From: Octopus vulgaris
Taxonomy: Eukaryota
Assembly: GCA_951406725.2 (NCBI GenBank)
Contig: OX597817.1
Location: 121,086,001 to 121,150,000 of the forward strand
DNA: 64,000 nucleotides
Direction of reading: 5' to 3'
The position numbers were made by a program, and so were the translations under genes. Below the pieces are notes generated by a model. The model did no database searches. It was not told where the DNA came from and saw nothing but the letters and a program-made list of their open reading frames with translations. Positions 1 through 15,337 of the stretch are shown here, in pieces. Position 1 is the first letter of the stretch; the number at the start of each line of letters is the position of its first letter.

Positions 1-1298
1 ATGAGTTGGTAAATATGGTGACAACTTTGGATGTCATAGGCTTAGGCCTCCTCAGTGAAGCATAATTCATTACCCACCCTTATCATACCTTAGATGGTTA
101 AGAGGAGTAAATAAGACCAAGAGATGTCTGGAGCTGTCCTTACACCTACTGAAGATAAGATTTATTCTTCTCTATAAGCCCTCATTCACTTTTGATTAAT
201 TGAAATTTTGGAGTTGCCTCTTCTACCTTTCTTGTATAGAATTAATAATTAAGCTAATAGCTTTATTTTTCTACTCTCATCAGTTGTGATCCTAATTAAT
301 TAAAAATTTTCAGCTCACTTCATTGTGTTACCACACACACTTAACTGTTTGTTCTTCATGCAGAATGCCTTCCTGAGTAATTTTTCTTGATAATTCTTTA
401 GCAAACAGACTAAAATGTCTTGCTCAGCAGCACACCACAAAAGATGTACCAAGGTTTAGGCAGAGTCAGTAGATTATCAGATAAAAGACCATGTGATTAT
501 TTTGTCATATTCTGAGTTTGAATTTCACCATGCCTTTCATTTTTCTAGGTCCAATAAAATAAGTATCAATCAAGTATTGTGGTTGATTTAATTGACATTT
601 CTTTCTCCCTGAATTTGTGACCTCTTGTGATAGAAGTCGTTGTATCTTATTTTATCTGGTATATTTCTACTCACATTCTGTCCATGGAAACATGTCACAT
701 GTATTTTTAGTTAGGTGACAACATTTCATAGTTATATGTTTTCGAAATTTAATAATGAAGGAAAAAAAAATTCTCTATTCAGAAAGCATGTTTTTATTGC
801 TAAGCAAGGCATATAATAAAAAAAAAATCTAGATTTTGATCTTAACCAATTGATTGGCTGCCAAGCAGAAGTAAAAAAATAAGTTTGTCACTGAGAGAGT
901 AAGTACAAAATGAACTTAGTTCAGTGTAGAAAATAAATCTCATGTTAAGTTATTTCATCCACTGTCAATTATGTTAAATAAATAAATAGTTAAATAAATA
1001 AATAGATAAATAAATAAACCTATTTTAAAATTCAAATTTTGTCTGAAATACTGGAGTATGAAAAAAGTGTCTACTGATCAAAGTCGTTTGCTTATAGTGG
1101 CAGAAAAGTTGCTTGCTCTGACATGGCTATGTATATAATATGTGAGAGCTAAAATTTAGTGAATCACTGCTGGGAGGCATCTGAGATAAAAGAAAGAAAG
1201 CATAAACCAAAGACTTGATAACAAAGAGTTATATAAAATCTAAAATATGCTATGACCATACAAGATAATAAGATGATGCTGGGATAATATGGAATTAA

Positions 1299-1510
1299 CC
1301 CTTTAGAATTTAGATTATCCTGTCAAGTGTAATACTCATTTATTCACATCGATGTGAATTAGTCATGCATTATTTTGTAGCTTTAAAATTTCAATGACAT
1401 GAGTGTTTATTTTTAGAATAATATTGTAAGGTAAGTGTGAGAGGCCAGATCTAACTAGTTTGAACATAAAACAGGTAGAATATTTTGGTTGGCATAAATG
1501 GGCTAAAGGG
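1299..1510. mobile_element. piggyBac-type MITE
   Basis: Termini ccctttag ... ctaaaggg flanked by ttaa (1295-1298) and ttga (1511-1514); a related copy lies in reverse orientation at ~8232-8452. Confidence 0.75.
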
Positions 1511-1582
1511 TTGAACTTAATAGCAACTGCATGTCCAATGTCCCCTGTTCTCTCAAAGATTCCTTGTCTTTCGAAGTCATTT

Positions 1583-1886
1583 GGTGACACTGCCAGTACT
1601 AGTGCTTCTTAAAAAGCATCTAGTCCACACTGTAAAGTGGTTGGCATTTAGAAGACATCCTACTGTAAAAACTAAGCCAAAACTGACCTCACCAGTGCTG
1701 GTGCCACGTAAGAAGCACTCAGTCCACTCTGTGGGGTGGTTAGTGTTAGGAAGGGCATCTGACCATAAAAACTGTGCCAAAACAGACACAGAAGCATGGT
1801 GCAAGCTTCTGCTTGGCCAGTTCCTGTCAAACCATCCAACCCATGCCAACATGGAAGGAGGACATTAAACAGTGATGATGATGATG
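1583..1886 (+). mobile_element. LINE 3'-UTR fragment (RTE-like family) with internal duplication and (GAT)n tail
   Basis: gtggttggcattaggaagggcatc...tcaaaccatccaacccatgccaacatggaa...ttaaac+(gat)n; same tail as the LINE end at 44408-45133. Confidence 0.75.
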
Positions 1887-2524
1887 TGAGATAGAAATCC
1901 TGAGATAGAACAAATAAATAAACTTTAATGAAATGACTATTTTCTTATTTTTGTTTGCCACCCTCCCTCCGTAGTCAACTCTGATCAAGCAAAATACTAA
2001 TAATGGCGTTTCAGTTGTGACTATTCCATCATTTTGTTTTTATAAGATGATACTGATAACATTGACAGGGTACTCTTCTTTTTGTTAAGAAAACAGTGTG
2101 TGATTTAAAAGTTCTTTGACTGATATTTCTAGCATACCTTATGAGTGCATAGAAGTTCCTTACCACTTTTGCAATGATTAAGCAAAGCCTCTTTGAAATT
2201 ATTTCTGTTGAAAATACTGAGCTAAATAAAAGTTTAGATTGATTTTGCACACGGTTTCCCTCCTAAAACTGAATAGGTTATAACATGTGCACATCTAAAG
2301 CATGCACACACAGACATCCATATGTGTATTCACACATACACACACAGACATCTAACATAGACATATACACTTGTTAAAGTTATTGATTGATATCATAAAT
2401 CTCTTCAATTATATTAAAATTGCTGTTGTATCGAAACTTAGCTTATGTAACAATACAATCAATTATATGTGAACATCATTTTATACAATAAGGACAATGA
2501 CAACTATACTTACGTGAATATTTT

Positions 2525-2696
2525 CATACACACACACACACACATATATATATATACACACACACACATGTATACATATATGTATTCATGCATACACCCT
2601 TGCATACATATGTACAAACATACACCCATGCAGACATACATACATGCATGCGTACATACATACATACATACATACATACATACATACATACATACA

Positions 2697-2726
<30 letters not shown>
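2525..2726. repeat. (CA)n/(CATA)n microsatellite
   Basis: Direct reading. Confidence 0.95.
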
Positions 2727-2727
<1 letters not shown>

Positions 2728-3087
2728 TGTAGGTACAGAATAAATGAATGGTTGATTCACAATCATGAGGTACCAGTTTCAATTCCACTGTGTGGTGTTT
2801 TGGGCAGGTGTTTTTCTGTCATTAAGTTGACTAAAACATTGAGAGTGAAACCGGGTAGATACCCATCGTATGGAAGTCAATCTGAAGGATTGAATCAGTT
2901 ATGTTACAGCTTCCCACAACCCTTTTCTTATAAAGATACCTGGAATCCACTTGATAATTGAATGAAGTTACCTCTATATGTGCACTATATTGCCTATTAC
3001 TTGCTAATACAATGAATCTGGATTCGCATGTAAGAATTCTCAGTTGAATACTCACAATCAGAAATTATGACCATGATCCATGTTATT

Positions 3088-4022
<935 letters not shown>

Positions 4023-4110
4023 AGTTGGAATTTACCAAAAATCAACAGCTAAAGACAGGCATATAAACAACAAGCAGGTGTATTAGTTTAATGCTCTGGA
4101 AGGTGAGAAA

Positions 4111-4149
4111 GTCTTTTATGTTTCGAGCCTATGCTCATCAACAGAAAGG
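4111..4149 (-). ncRNA. Degenerate minimal hammerhead-like motif in a (TA)n-abutting element (~4023-4240)
   Basis: Minus strand reads ctttctg-TTGATGA-gcataggctc-GAAA-cat-aaaag; core has C>T and stems are weak. Confidence 0.35.
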
Positions 4150-5500
4150 AACACGAGAAAATATATAAAGTGAGAATAAAAAAAAGTTTTAGAGGTAGTG
4201 AGACAGGAGAGGTAGGAAGAATGGGAGGTAACAATGTATTGGTGATCCCAAAACGAAAGTGTGCGTGCATGTGTGTGCGAGAGTGTGTGTGTGTGCATGT
4301 GGATATGGGCTGGTGAGCTTGATGTGTGGATGTGTATGAGTGTAAGTGTGTGTGTGTGTATATATGTATATATATGTATGTATGTATAAATTATACAGAA
4401 GGTTTGTATGTTTATATATTACATGTGTTAAAATAAGATCTAGAAATAAGAATGCTTGGTTGGTGATTTGGCATTTGGGAGTTGAAGTTCCAATTTGTAA
4501 AAAAATGAGGCTGAAGTTTTATTAGTAAATTCATAACTTGTAAATACCAACTTGTGAAATTTGTTTCATGCAACTGATATTTACAAAACATAAGTCCAAA
4601 TTACTTTATAAAACAAGATAATAGATTTATAACGGGATTTAGAGAGTTTATCGCTATTAAAGGTTAACTGACTCAAAGTTCTAAAACTCATTGTAATAAT
4701 AGGTAATTATTGTGATATAGAAATCACAAAATAAAGCAGATTATTATTGGAATAATAGTAAAAGAGAAAATAAAAAGATTTTGAATTCTCCCTGTGCTTT
4801 ATGTTTGTTATTTTGGTTTCCATCAGGTTTGGAGTTAACATTTACCATAATTTAGATAGCAATTACCTCTAACAGAATTAAATGAAATCTATGCAGGTAT
4901 ATAAGAGTGTGAGTGCATATATATATATGTGTGTGTGTGTGTGTGTTTAAAAAAGGTATGTGTGTTTAGAATTAGTCCTTTTGAAATATACAAAATGACC
5001 TTTGGATACATATCCTGTGTGGGGTCATGACCTACTCGTATTTATGTATATATTTGTGTATTTGTGTTTATATTCATTTTCCAATTTCTTTTGGTTCCAA
5101 TCAATATGTTAACTAACAATTAACTGACTCCTCTTTTATAAATAATCTCTTACTTTCTTGTCCCTCTCTCTTGTGCTCTCATTCTCACTATCCATTCTTA
5201 TCTCTCTCTCTTCCTATATCACTCGGGCATATTTATTTATTTATTTCACTTGCTTTGTCATGTTTATATATTTTTTGTCTATCCCTTTTATGGTTGTCCG
5301 ACTTAATTTTCCCTTGTTTTCTTTCCTTCTACTTTTGTCCTTTTTCTCTCTCTTCATTCTCACTCTTGCTATCTGTCTCACTTTCCCCTGTCTATAAGAC
5401 AGCTTATCTTTCTCTACCAATAGCTTTATTTCAACTAACCTCTCAAAATACTTCTCAAAATGCCCTGCCATCTACCCAGTTCACTGTAACATAATGCAAT

Positions 5501-5608
5501 AAAGTGTTTCTTGATGAGCTGTTGTGGCTAACCATTCAATTGCAGTTGCAAGATTCAATGCAGTGTTCCAAACAACCACATTGGTGAAACGTACATAGGA
5601 ATAACTTT
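5501..5608 (+). ncRNA. Decayed type I hammerhead ribozyme
   Basis: Stem I aaagtgtttc/ggaat(a)acttt; core TTGATGA (C>T); stem II gctg-t-tgtgg...ccaca-t-tggt; GAAA-CGTACATA (one change from palindromic ACGTACGT-A). Confidence 0.6.
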
Positions 5609-8231
5609 TGTTGCTTTTGCAACCTTGTCAATGGATGTTGACTCTGTCCCTTAAGAACATACATTTACCATTATGTATGTCTGTATGAATGTTTAAGTGT
5701 ATGTGTGGACGTGCATGCATGCATGTATGTATGTGTTCTGTTGGATTTTTAATTATTTGAAGTCTTCTTGTAAGAAAGGAGCTGGTTTCTAACAAATACA
5801 CAAAATACCATCATTGGAATGCAGACAACTAAAACCACCGTCACATTTTGCACTTGAGGAAAGTCTTGTATATTTTTATTGTTCTGCTTACAGATTGTAA
5901 TGTGCATATTAGCTGGTTGATCCCTTTTTATGAAAACCATCACTTATGCTGATTGTCACTTTGGCATCTACTCACAAACCAAATGCACCAATTATTATGG
6001 ATATAATGTGAATTTATAATCTGGGTATAGAAACTGAAGGCTTTGCAGTAATTGTCAACAGTTATCTTCTTTCTCTTTGATTTTTGAAGAAATATCCATT
6101 TGAGAATGTGTGTGTGTGTGCTTTGTGAATGTGTGTAAAGTAATTACTTTATACACAGGAGAAGTTTTACTTTAAAATATACATACAAGTTTTAGGCTAG
6201 TTTTGCATTGTTTGTTATGTATAATAATACGTAACATGGATTGCAAATTGCAAATGATATGAATCGTCATGCATAAATAAACTGAATTTTTAATAATGTA
6301 TAATTTATATAAATTGCAAAATGAGAGATGAATTTTATTTTACGCATAAATTTAAAGTTAAAAGCACCACATAATTTCACGTATTTAATTCACTTGTACG
6401 TCATTTCTATTCTTCTTTTTTCTAGAAGTAAACTCTTCTATAATCTCATCTTTTAACAAGCCACTTTGATTCAATTGCATCAATACATGTTTTCAATAGA
6501 GAATAAACTGAAGTTTTGTTATCCAAGGAAGCAGGTATTTATTTGTTTCAAAGCAGAAAATGTACATTCTGCTGAATCAGTGTTGCTAGGTACAATCAGA
6601 ATAAACTCAACTACCCACAATACTTCTTTGAAGCAATAGAATAAAACTCCTTCCACCACCAACTCAATTAGTCTATGCACATTTTAGCATGAAAACTCAG
6701 GGTGTACATGCAGCATAAGACATCTTATTGTTCAAGCAAATGTAATCAAAGAGAGAACCATAGATATCCTTCAGCTTATTTATAAAATTTTCAAGGAATT
6801 TTTTTTTGTACTTTTTATATTTCTCATTCCAAAGCAACTGGAAAATCGCCGGCTTTGAAAGAGGAAAGTACCTACAATTTATCTGCATGTTTGAGCTATT
6901 GGTTATACTCTGGTTCACTCCATGAAATTAGATTTTTTCTTTTTTCTTTTTCATTTTCTGTTTTATGTTCTGCTAACCTAAGCCCTTCTGAACACAGCAG
7001 AAGCCTAAAGGGCTTTAATTTCATATTCTTTATCATACGTAAGTTGTTGAATCATATCTATCTTCTTGCAATAGAATGGAACACCAGACACTTTGATTTG
7101 TAGCAAATTTTAAAGAGAATTTACATGACCACATCATAATACAAGCCCCATCCTAAATTTGTCCAATAATCTACATCCACTGAGATAAATGTTACAAGGT
7201 TGAACAAAATTACTTTTGAACCCCAGGAGGGGAGCTCAAAATTCAATTGGTGCTGTGAGGTTTTATAAAAAAAAAATTTGTTTTTACTTTTGGGGCTGGC
7301 CTATCAGATATTCATGGGCCCCTTCTTTGGCTCTCCAAGTTCTGGACCAATGTCCCATTTGAACACTTATATACCCTACAATCAACTTATTTTGAACATC
7401 AAACTTCTCCATCATCTTTATAACATCAACAAAATGTCAGAAGTCAGATCAGCACTAACATCTGTAAATCCAATATATCTTTCATATACTTTTTTATTTG
7501 TTTCAGATGTTGGACTGTGTCCATACTGGAGCACAACCTTGTAGGATTAGACAAAGAAATGAACTTCTACTAATTCTAAGTCTACTTATTTGGTAGAACA
7601 TTTTTGCAGAACCTCTAAGTTTCAGGGACATAAACAAACTGACACTGGTTGCCAAGCAGTGGGGAGACAAACACAAACACACATATGCACATACACAAAT
7701 ACATACAAACACACACATATGTGTATATGACAAAGTTTCCATCTACCAAATTCACTGACAAGACTTTGGTCAGCCCAGAGCTATTGTAGAAGTCACTAGC
7801 CTAAGGTAACCTCAAACTCTATGGTTACAAAGGAACTTCTTAACAACTTGGCAATATTTATTTTACTTTACTTTGACCTTATGAACAAAATACCAAATTG
7901 TTTTGAGAGATGATTTTGACATGACATTTGACATGTCATCAGATATGATTGCAACAAAGAGGACTGAACTTATCTCCTTCTTTATATCACACTATCATCA
8001 ATGATGCCATTTTTCACAAATTATGAAGCTCCTTGAAACACAGTTAAAATAGATAAATGAGTATTCAAGAAAGAATCATACTCTGAGTGAAGTATTCAAT
8101 TTATTGGTTGTAGAACTGGACTCACCATGACCTCACAGTATGAACAGTTATTTTGATAGAAAACACATTGTATTCATGCTCCTCTTCAAAGTTTCCCATT
8201 TTTACTTTTTACTTTCCTAATGTCTGTATAT

Positions 8232-8452
8232 CCATTTAGCATTTAAACCGGTCATATCCAGCCCAAATATTCTTCCTTATTTTACATTCAAACCAGTCAG
8301 ATCCAACTTCTGACATCTATCCTATAATGTTGTTCTAAAAATAAGCTATCACATTATCAAAATCTCAAAGCTGTGAGATAATACATGATTAATTCAACAC
8401 AATGTGAATAAATAGGCACTACATTTAACAGAATAATCTGAATGCTAAAGGG
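8232..8452. mobile_element. piggyBac-type MITE, reverse copy of the 1299-1510 family
   Basis: ccatttagcatt ... aatgctaaaggg termini; interior similar to the reverse complement of 1299-1510. Confidence 0.65.
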
Positions 8453-9451
8453 ATATAGTTCAGCCATCAACTGTCAATTAAAGGATCAATACTCTGCTGG
8501 TCAAACATTTTGTAATCCAAGAATGCTTGAACATGAGCTTGAGATCATTCATATAAAGGTATAGACTACTTCTGGTCTAAGTATGATAATTGAAAGTAAT
8601 AAAACAACACATGTTCTACCAAAGGTTATGAAAGTACAGGTTTGAAAACTGATAGTAATTCATGCGTAGACAATTAACAAGTTTCAATATACAACATTAA
8701 TAAAAGCAATGTTTGCATAAATGTGTTGTAGAAAACACTTATACATATGTTCATGTTTGTTAAGTCAAATGTGTAATTCAATGTTGCAGAAAATGGCGGT
8801 GAATAAAATTTCATTTGACTGTTAGATGTTCTGCCAGTGGATAATACTTTGGAGTAGACAGAAAAGAAAATAACAGGTTTTTGTAACCTAGTGAATTAGA
8901 GATTACGGAAAATTGATTTCTCATCTGGTTAAAGGTGTCTAATATCTTAGACCAGTTGAAAAGAAAGTCAATTCTGTTGTGTGTTGCTTTCACAATGTCT
9001 TGGCTGGAAATAGGATGAAATAGTATAAGTTCTGTCTGTATATAACCAAAATGGTTGTTCAACTACTGGTCTGTGATTGGTTCTAATAAAACTGTTGAAA
9101 CACAGAAACTTTTCCTGTTGCATGAGAGATTTACTCCAATCATGACGACAGAACTTTTCTACTGTATGAATTACAGTAATAAAATATATGCTTAATAAAA
9201 CTATATTTCATTGTAACTGTTTAGTATTTCAGATCAATGTTAATGTATTCTGGTTTATAAAATGCACAAAAATCATAAGAAAAATCATGAAACTGAGCAA
9301 GCATATCAACACAAGTTACTGGGAAAAACTGTTCCAATCAACTACTATAAACAACAGTTAATATTATAAATGTCAACAGTTCTAGACTTCAACTAGACAA
9401 AACTTTGCATTTGATAGTGTTTATTCAATTTGAAAACAATTATGATGAGGT

Positions 9452-9580
9452 TATATCATTATACTACAAGAACAGAATTGTTATCATTATCATGATATAT
9501 ATCATATATCATTATACTACAAGGACAGACTTGTAATCATTATCATGATATATATCATATACCATTAGACTGCTAGGAGA
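9452..9580. repeat. 53-bp tandem repeat, ~2.5 copies
   Basis: tatatcattatactacaag...catgatatatatca recurs at 9452, 9505 and partially at 9558. Confidence 0.85.
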
Positions 9581-12063
9581 GATTTCAGTGTAAAGAAAAT
9601 TAGTTTCACTTTACAAATTTTCAACAAATCCATACATAGTCATTATGGAAACAAACATTGTATTTGTGCTTATGAAATGTCACTCATCCTTTGGTTCTTA
9701 ATTTCGCCACACTCTCATTATACTGCTATTAATTATATATATATATATATCCTCCTGATGCAACTAACTGTGAGTGCACAGTGTTTCCTCAGAACAAGTA
9801 TCAACCATCTTTCATATAGGGAACAAAACAATTAGGTTCCTGTTAAGCTCCATGGCTATATTTTTGAGTGAATATAATAATGATTAGTAATAATTTAACC
9901 TCATTCTTGGATGTGCAGCACACCTAGAATATACATATCTGATGTGTGTTTATAAATGTGTGTCAAAATAAAAACCTGATTCAGACATCACATAGGGCAG
10001 TTTCTAGTGCTTATGGCAGAATAAAATGCATTCAATACATTCTGTTAAATAGTTGGTGGTAGAAAGGATATAAGCTGTAAAAAATCCTGCCGGAATGAAA
10101 CATATCAGTGAGACATTGACACTACTAGCAACATCATATGGTACCTAACTACAATGTATTAATTATGAATATAAAATGGTACAAGGTATAAGAGATGCAT
10201 TAGTTCTTTTAGCATAGAACAAACATTATAGTGTTGGTGATATGATAGAATGGCTCCAGTACTCAATCAAAAGCATCTGCAACACCAAAGTTGGCCAGTT
10301 CTTTATTGCTCCATGTATAAAATGGTGCAGACCATGATGACCTGTTCAAACTATGCCAGGATGGAAAAACTAACCTAGATTAATAAAGATCATAATCTTG
10401 ATAATGATGATGATGATGATGATAATGATGAACAGTTATTTTGTGGAAGAGTTATCTTAATTGTTTAAGAATACCAAATTCACTTGTAAGGCATTCATCA
10501 GCCTGGAGCTATAGTAGAATCCAGGGTGCCTTGTTCTAAGACTGAACTTGAAACCACGTGGTTGTAGAGTGAACTACAAAAACACAGAGCTATGCTTGTG
10601 TTTATCTGAAACTTATCACTTTAATAGCTATTGCTGTATTTTAAAAGAGCCAGGTTACCAATAATATATGCATATACAGTTATTGTGGTTGTTATGCACT
10701 TCTAAATTAATTAGATAATTGATAATTTGCGTGTGTTTTTGTTTATTTATTTAATTATTATTTCATTTTTTTTTTTTTGTTTTATAATATCAATGTGTTA
10801 TATCACACTTCAGAGACTTGTTCTCTGAATTCACTGCTTTAGTGTAGGGAAAATACTTTGATATCAATAACAAAGCAAAATAATTAACAAATAAATAAAT
10901 TAATTAATTAAGAAATGAATAATAACCACAGTTATTGCATGTGTTTAGTATTCACAAAGATGGCTTTTCAAAAACATATGTTTATACTTTTTTGTTGTTA
11001 TTATATTTGTTACTCATTCAGTCATTAGACAGCGACCTTGCTGGAGCAATGCCTGCTAGTGACGGATGGAATGCAAAATAAACCAGGGTGAGATACAATA
11101 AGTAACTAAGTGCTTCAATGTGTGATGAATGTATGCATGTGTAAATCTGGTTCTCATTGTATTGGTCTCTTTTGCTGAACTGCTAAGTTACTAGAAGTTA
11201 CTTGATTGTAAAGAAACCAATGCTGATTGTCAAGTATAAGAAGCACAAATAAAATCACAAAAACATGTGCAAATGCACATGAGCAAACACACACACACAC
11301 ACACATACATATATATATGTATGCGTTTATTAAAGTGTAACCTGTCACATAATGTATAACATTAGAAGTATATTTTTTTGCCACTGTAGGTAATATCAGG
11401 TGACATGGCATACGTACAATAATCAAACTTTTATCAAATTTCTTGGCGCTTAAATGAAATAATGAAATGAATATTAATTTTCAAAGGAAAAGTATTATTA
11501 GCTTAAAATAAAATTAAATAATACAAATTTCTCATTTATATATTAGCAATGAATATAAGTCATTATTTTTTTAAAAAAATTTTATCAATATAATTGCAAA
11601 GTAATCTATTGATAACTTATCTCTGCAAAATTTCATTTGCAAAATATTTTTCAGAACTTATAAGACCTTAATCCTGCACCTCCTATGTTAACTCCCTTTG
11701 CATCTCCCATTTACTCTCTTCGTCCCCTCTCTTTTTCTATACAGTCTAGAATGTGACTGGAGAAATTAACTAAGCAACCAACAAACCAACCAACCAATGA
11801 ACAATTATACAAAAGTGTAAAGTCAAGCAGTATGAGATGTGAATATAGCTTTATTAAACCATGTGACTTCCTTGGGATGACAGCTGTTTCACAATCTTCT
11901 TCTTATGGCATTAATTTCAGTATGCGGGAAATCATATCCGCAAGTTTGCATTAATGTTGTATAATGCTAAGCATTATACAAAACAAGTGTATGCTCCTAA
12001 ATCAGATTAATGCAAACATACATATATATACATATTGTTATAATGTCTTCTTATTGAGATGGG

Positions 12064-12165
12064 TTCTCTTTCTTTCCTGATGAGAAGATTACATTATTTT
12101 ACACCGTTTATTCCTTTGGAATAAAACCAATATTGTCTTTGAAACATATGTTGAAAATAAAAGAA
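12064..12165 (+). ncRNA. Type I hammerhead ribozyme with intact core, in an element ending at (TA)n ~12311
   Basis: tttc-CTGATGA(12077-12083)-gaagat...gtcttt-GAAA(12141-12144)-C-ATAT-GTT-gaaa; stems I, II and III can all pair. Confidence 0.8.
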
Positions 12166-12526
12166 TTTGAATAACATCTGCGTTCAACTCCATTTATTTA
12201 CTTATACTATACAAATTACTATACATTACTTGCATGAATTTTGCTACCCTGGTAACTGTTTATTGAATTTTCTGTATTAACTGTAAACAAAGGATAATTC
12301 ATTCATCCATTATATATATATACACACATACATATATATGTATATATATATATATATATACATACATATATATGTGTGTGTATATATATGTATGTATATA
12401 TAATTATGTATATATATATATGTGTATATATATGTATATAAATGTGTGTGTATATATATATATACACACACACACATACACAGTTATGTATATGTGTATA
12501 TTTATATACATATGTATGTATGGGTG

Positions 12527-12890
12527 AAGGCACATGGCTCAGTGGTTAGAGTGTCAAGCTCCCACTTATGAGATTGTGAGTTTGATTCCTGGACTGGGCT
12601 GCTTGTTGTGTTCTTGAGCAAGAGACATTGCTTCATGTTGCTCCAGTTCACTCAGCTGTAGAAATGAGTTGTGACATCACTGGTGCCAAGCTGTATCAGC
12701 ATTTGCCTTTCCCTTGGATAACATCGGTGCCGTGGAGAGGGGAGGGTGGTATCATGGGCAACTGCTGGTCTTCCATAAAAACAACCCTAGGTTGTGTGTT
12801 CATCAGTGCGTATAAGTCCACCCAAACTTATACTCTGGAGGGGAACCTGTTAGGTGCACCCATAGTCATTTGTGACAGACAGAGTTGAGT
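12527..12890 (+). mobile_element. tRNA-derived SINE (family B)
   Basis: A box tggctcagtggttag, B-box-like gagtttgattcct, central gtgttcttgagcaag...gttgctccagttcactcagctg motif. Confidence 0.8.
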
Positions 12891-13634
12891 TTTTTTATAT
12901 ACATACATGTGTATGCATACACACACACACACGCACATATATATATATACATGTATCTATCTATCGATATATATATATAACCCATGCAAGCATGGAAAAG
13001 TAAATGTTTAAATAACAAAGATGACAGACTTCCAGCCACTTTCACCAGTTTCTTTTAACCAAATCCACTCACAAGTCATTAGTCAACCTGGGGCTATAGA
13101 AGAAGAGACTTGCCTAATGTGCCATGCCTTATTATTTTTTAATTTGAAATCATTGAAGACAATCAGTGAAGTTATGGGTTGAACTAGTGTTGATATAATG
13201 GAAATGACGGAGATATAATTGAAAACCCATTTAATCCATTTGACAGAAATACCATATAACTTTGCCGATTCCTGATATGATTGAATGGCATCATTTTGAA
13301 TTATAAATCAATAAGAGCAGCACTACTTCCTTTAGTCACAGTCTAGACTGGTGCTGGTGAAATTTTAGCAAAACTGTTATCTTTGGATATACTCCTCACA
13401 CATCATGTTAATAAATAGATAGTTAGATAAATATATGTATGTATGTGTATATCTATTGAAAAATAGATTGCTAGATAGATAAATGCATGCATTCATATGC
13501 ATATGCACATATATATACATATATATATATGTAGTATGAGTGTGTGTGTATGCATGTGTATTAAGTAATATGCTGCAATGTGCATACACATATGTGTATG
13601 TGTGGATATACATAGATACATATGTGTATATATA

Positions 13635-13666
<32 letters not shown>

Positions 13667-13745
13667 CACATACATATATATATTCACACATACATCAGTA
13701 TGTATGCATACTGATATGTATATATGTGGTTATGTGTTTCTGTAC

Positions 13746-13776
<31 letters not shown>

Positions 13777-14387
13777 CATGTGTATGTGTATATACGTATA
13801 CACACACACACATGCATGCAGAAATACATAATCACATATATACATATGCGTATGCTTATATACACATATGTGGGTGGATGGGTGAGTGTGTGTGTATGTG
13901 TAGTTGTATGTACATATGTGTGAATGTATGCTTGTATGTTTGCTTGTAATGTTCACTAAATCATCAATATCGATGAGATTGGTCAGTTCCAAACATACAA
14001 TACTATACAGCCAATGTTGGCAACTAGAACACTGATAAAATCATCTTGCTAAAACAAATGCCTTTTACAAAAATATCTCGGCTCCATTTACTGCTTGTCT
14101 AACCAAAATAAGATTATGTTCATTCACTCCAAGTAAATCTGTCGCAATAATGGATGGCACTGAAGCGGTAGGTAAAGAGAAAATTTGTTTTATTACTTAA
14201 TATTGTCTCCTTATATTCTGTGTTCAAAACCAGTCATGGTCAGGTCAAAGACAGTTTTTTTTTTTTTTATTGTTATCCTGTTGAAGAACATTGAAGTAGT
14301 TAACTGCTGCTCATCTTCATTAGCACTAGGATCAACTTTGAATGAGCAATACATGAATTAAAACTTGCCATATATGACCATTTATAA

Positions 14388-14620
14388 GGTGGCGAGCTGG
14401 CAGAACCGTTAGTACGTCGGGTGAAATGCTTAGTGGTATTTCGTCTGCCGTTATGTTCTGAGTTCAAATTCCGCTGAGGTCGACTTTGCCTTTCATCCCT
14501 TCGGGGTCGATAAATTAAGTACCAGTTAGGCACTGGGGCCAACATAATCGACTTAATCCCTTTGTCTGTCCTTGTTTGTCCCCTCTATGTTTAGCTCCTT
14601 GTGGGCAATAAAGAAATAAG
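14388..14620 (+). mobile_element. Full-length tRNA-derived SINE (family A, Deu/Nin-like central domain) with 14-bp TSD
   Basis: A box tggcagaaccgttag, B box gagttcaaattcc, gcctttcatcccttcggggtcgataaattaagtacc core; TSD atatgaccat(t/c)tat at 14372-14385 and 14621-14634. Confidence 0.9.
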
Positions 14621-14951
14621 ATATGACCATCTATCTTTATGTAGATATTTTGAACTTCATTATCTAATGTATCCTTTCACTATTTAAGATGACTGAGTGA
14701 GATTTGAGGGAAATTTGTTTATTGTTCTTTGCATGTTGAATAATGAAATAAAGACGAAACTGTTGGGTAAATACCAGTAATACACAACATCATAATGTAC
14801 ACCACCAACACCATCTTCCACCACCTCATGAAAATACATCACAACAACCATGATCAACAGTTGGAGAGCTGTTGCTGCTGCTAACCCAAACACTAAGCAG
14901 TTTAAAATAAAATAATGAAATTGAGTTAAATTTACATTTCTTGGACTTTTT

Positions 14952-14989
14952 CTTTCTGAAGATAGGTCTTTGCACCCGAAATATAAAGG
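14952..14989 (+). ncRNA. Possible minimal hammerhead-like motif
   Basis: cttt-CTGAAGA-taggtctttgcaccc-GAAA-tata-aagg; short imperfect stems. Confidence 0.3.
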
Positions 14990-15114
14990 TTTTCTTTGTA
15001 AAATTTTCTGCATTGTTAGAAGCTTTCTTTATCTCCGTTTAGTTTCATTTTCTACTTCTGGACTACAATGCTTCAAGTGAAAAAGGCACTACCTTATATT
15101 TTGGTGTATATCAA

Positions 15115-15337
15115 CCCTTTTGTTACCATGTTTCTGTTGAAATACATGACCTTCCTTTCAATAAATTTTGAAAATAACGAAGAATTCATTAAAATAACTT
15201 TCTGATTATTAAACTGGTCTTTGGAATGTAAATCGGCATGAAATTTTGATAGAAGCTATTAATTTAATTTACCTTGAAACTGAGAGTTAGTATCATAGAT
15301 GTTGGGGCAGTTTCAAGCAGGTTGGTATCAAATGAGG
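15115..15337. mobile_element. piggyBac-type MITE (second family)
   Basis: tcaa|cccttttgttacc ... ggtatcaaatgagg|ttaa imperfect TIRs with TTAA-like flanks. Confidence 0.6.

Noticed and set aside
8811-9062. 83-aa minus-strand ORF in unique sequence
   Set aside because: TTG start directly after an in-frame stop; no recognisable domain or clear splice sites
10668-10940. Loose inverted similarity of AT-rich segments
   Set aside because: Low complexity and poor pairing; cannot be distinguished from chance
11874-11939. Minus-strand GAAAC-AGCT-GTC-atcc with upstream ggat-ATGA
   Set aside because: CTG of the core is missing and stem II does not pair; kept only as a weak remnant, not listed as a feature
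12527-12600. tRNA-like heads at this and other SINE starts
   Set aside because: A/B boxes are present but there is no full cloverleaf and they continue into SINE bodies; not tRNA genes
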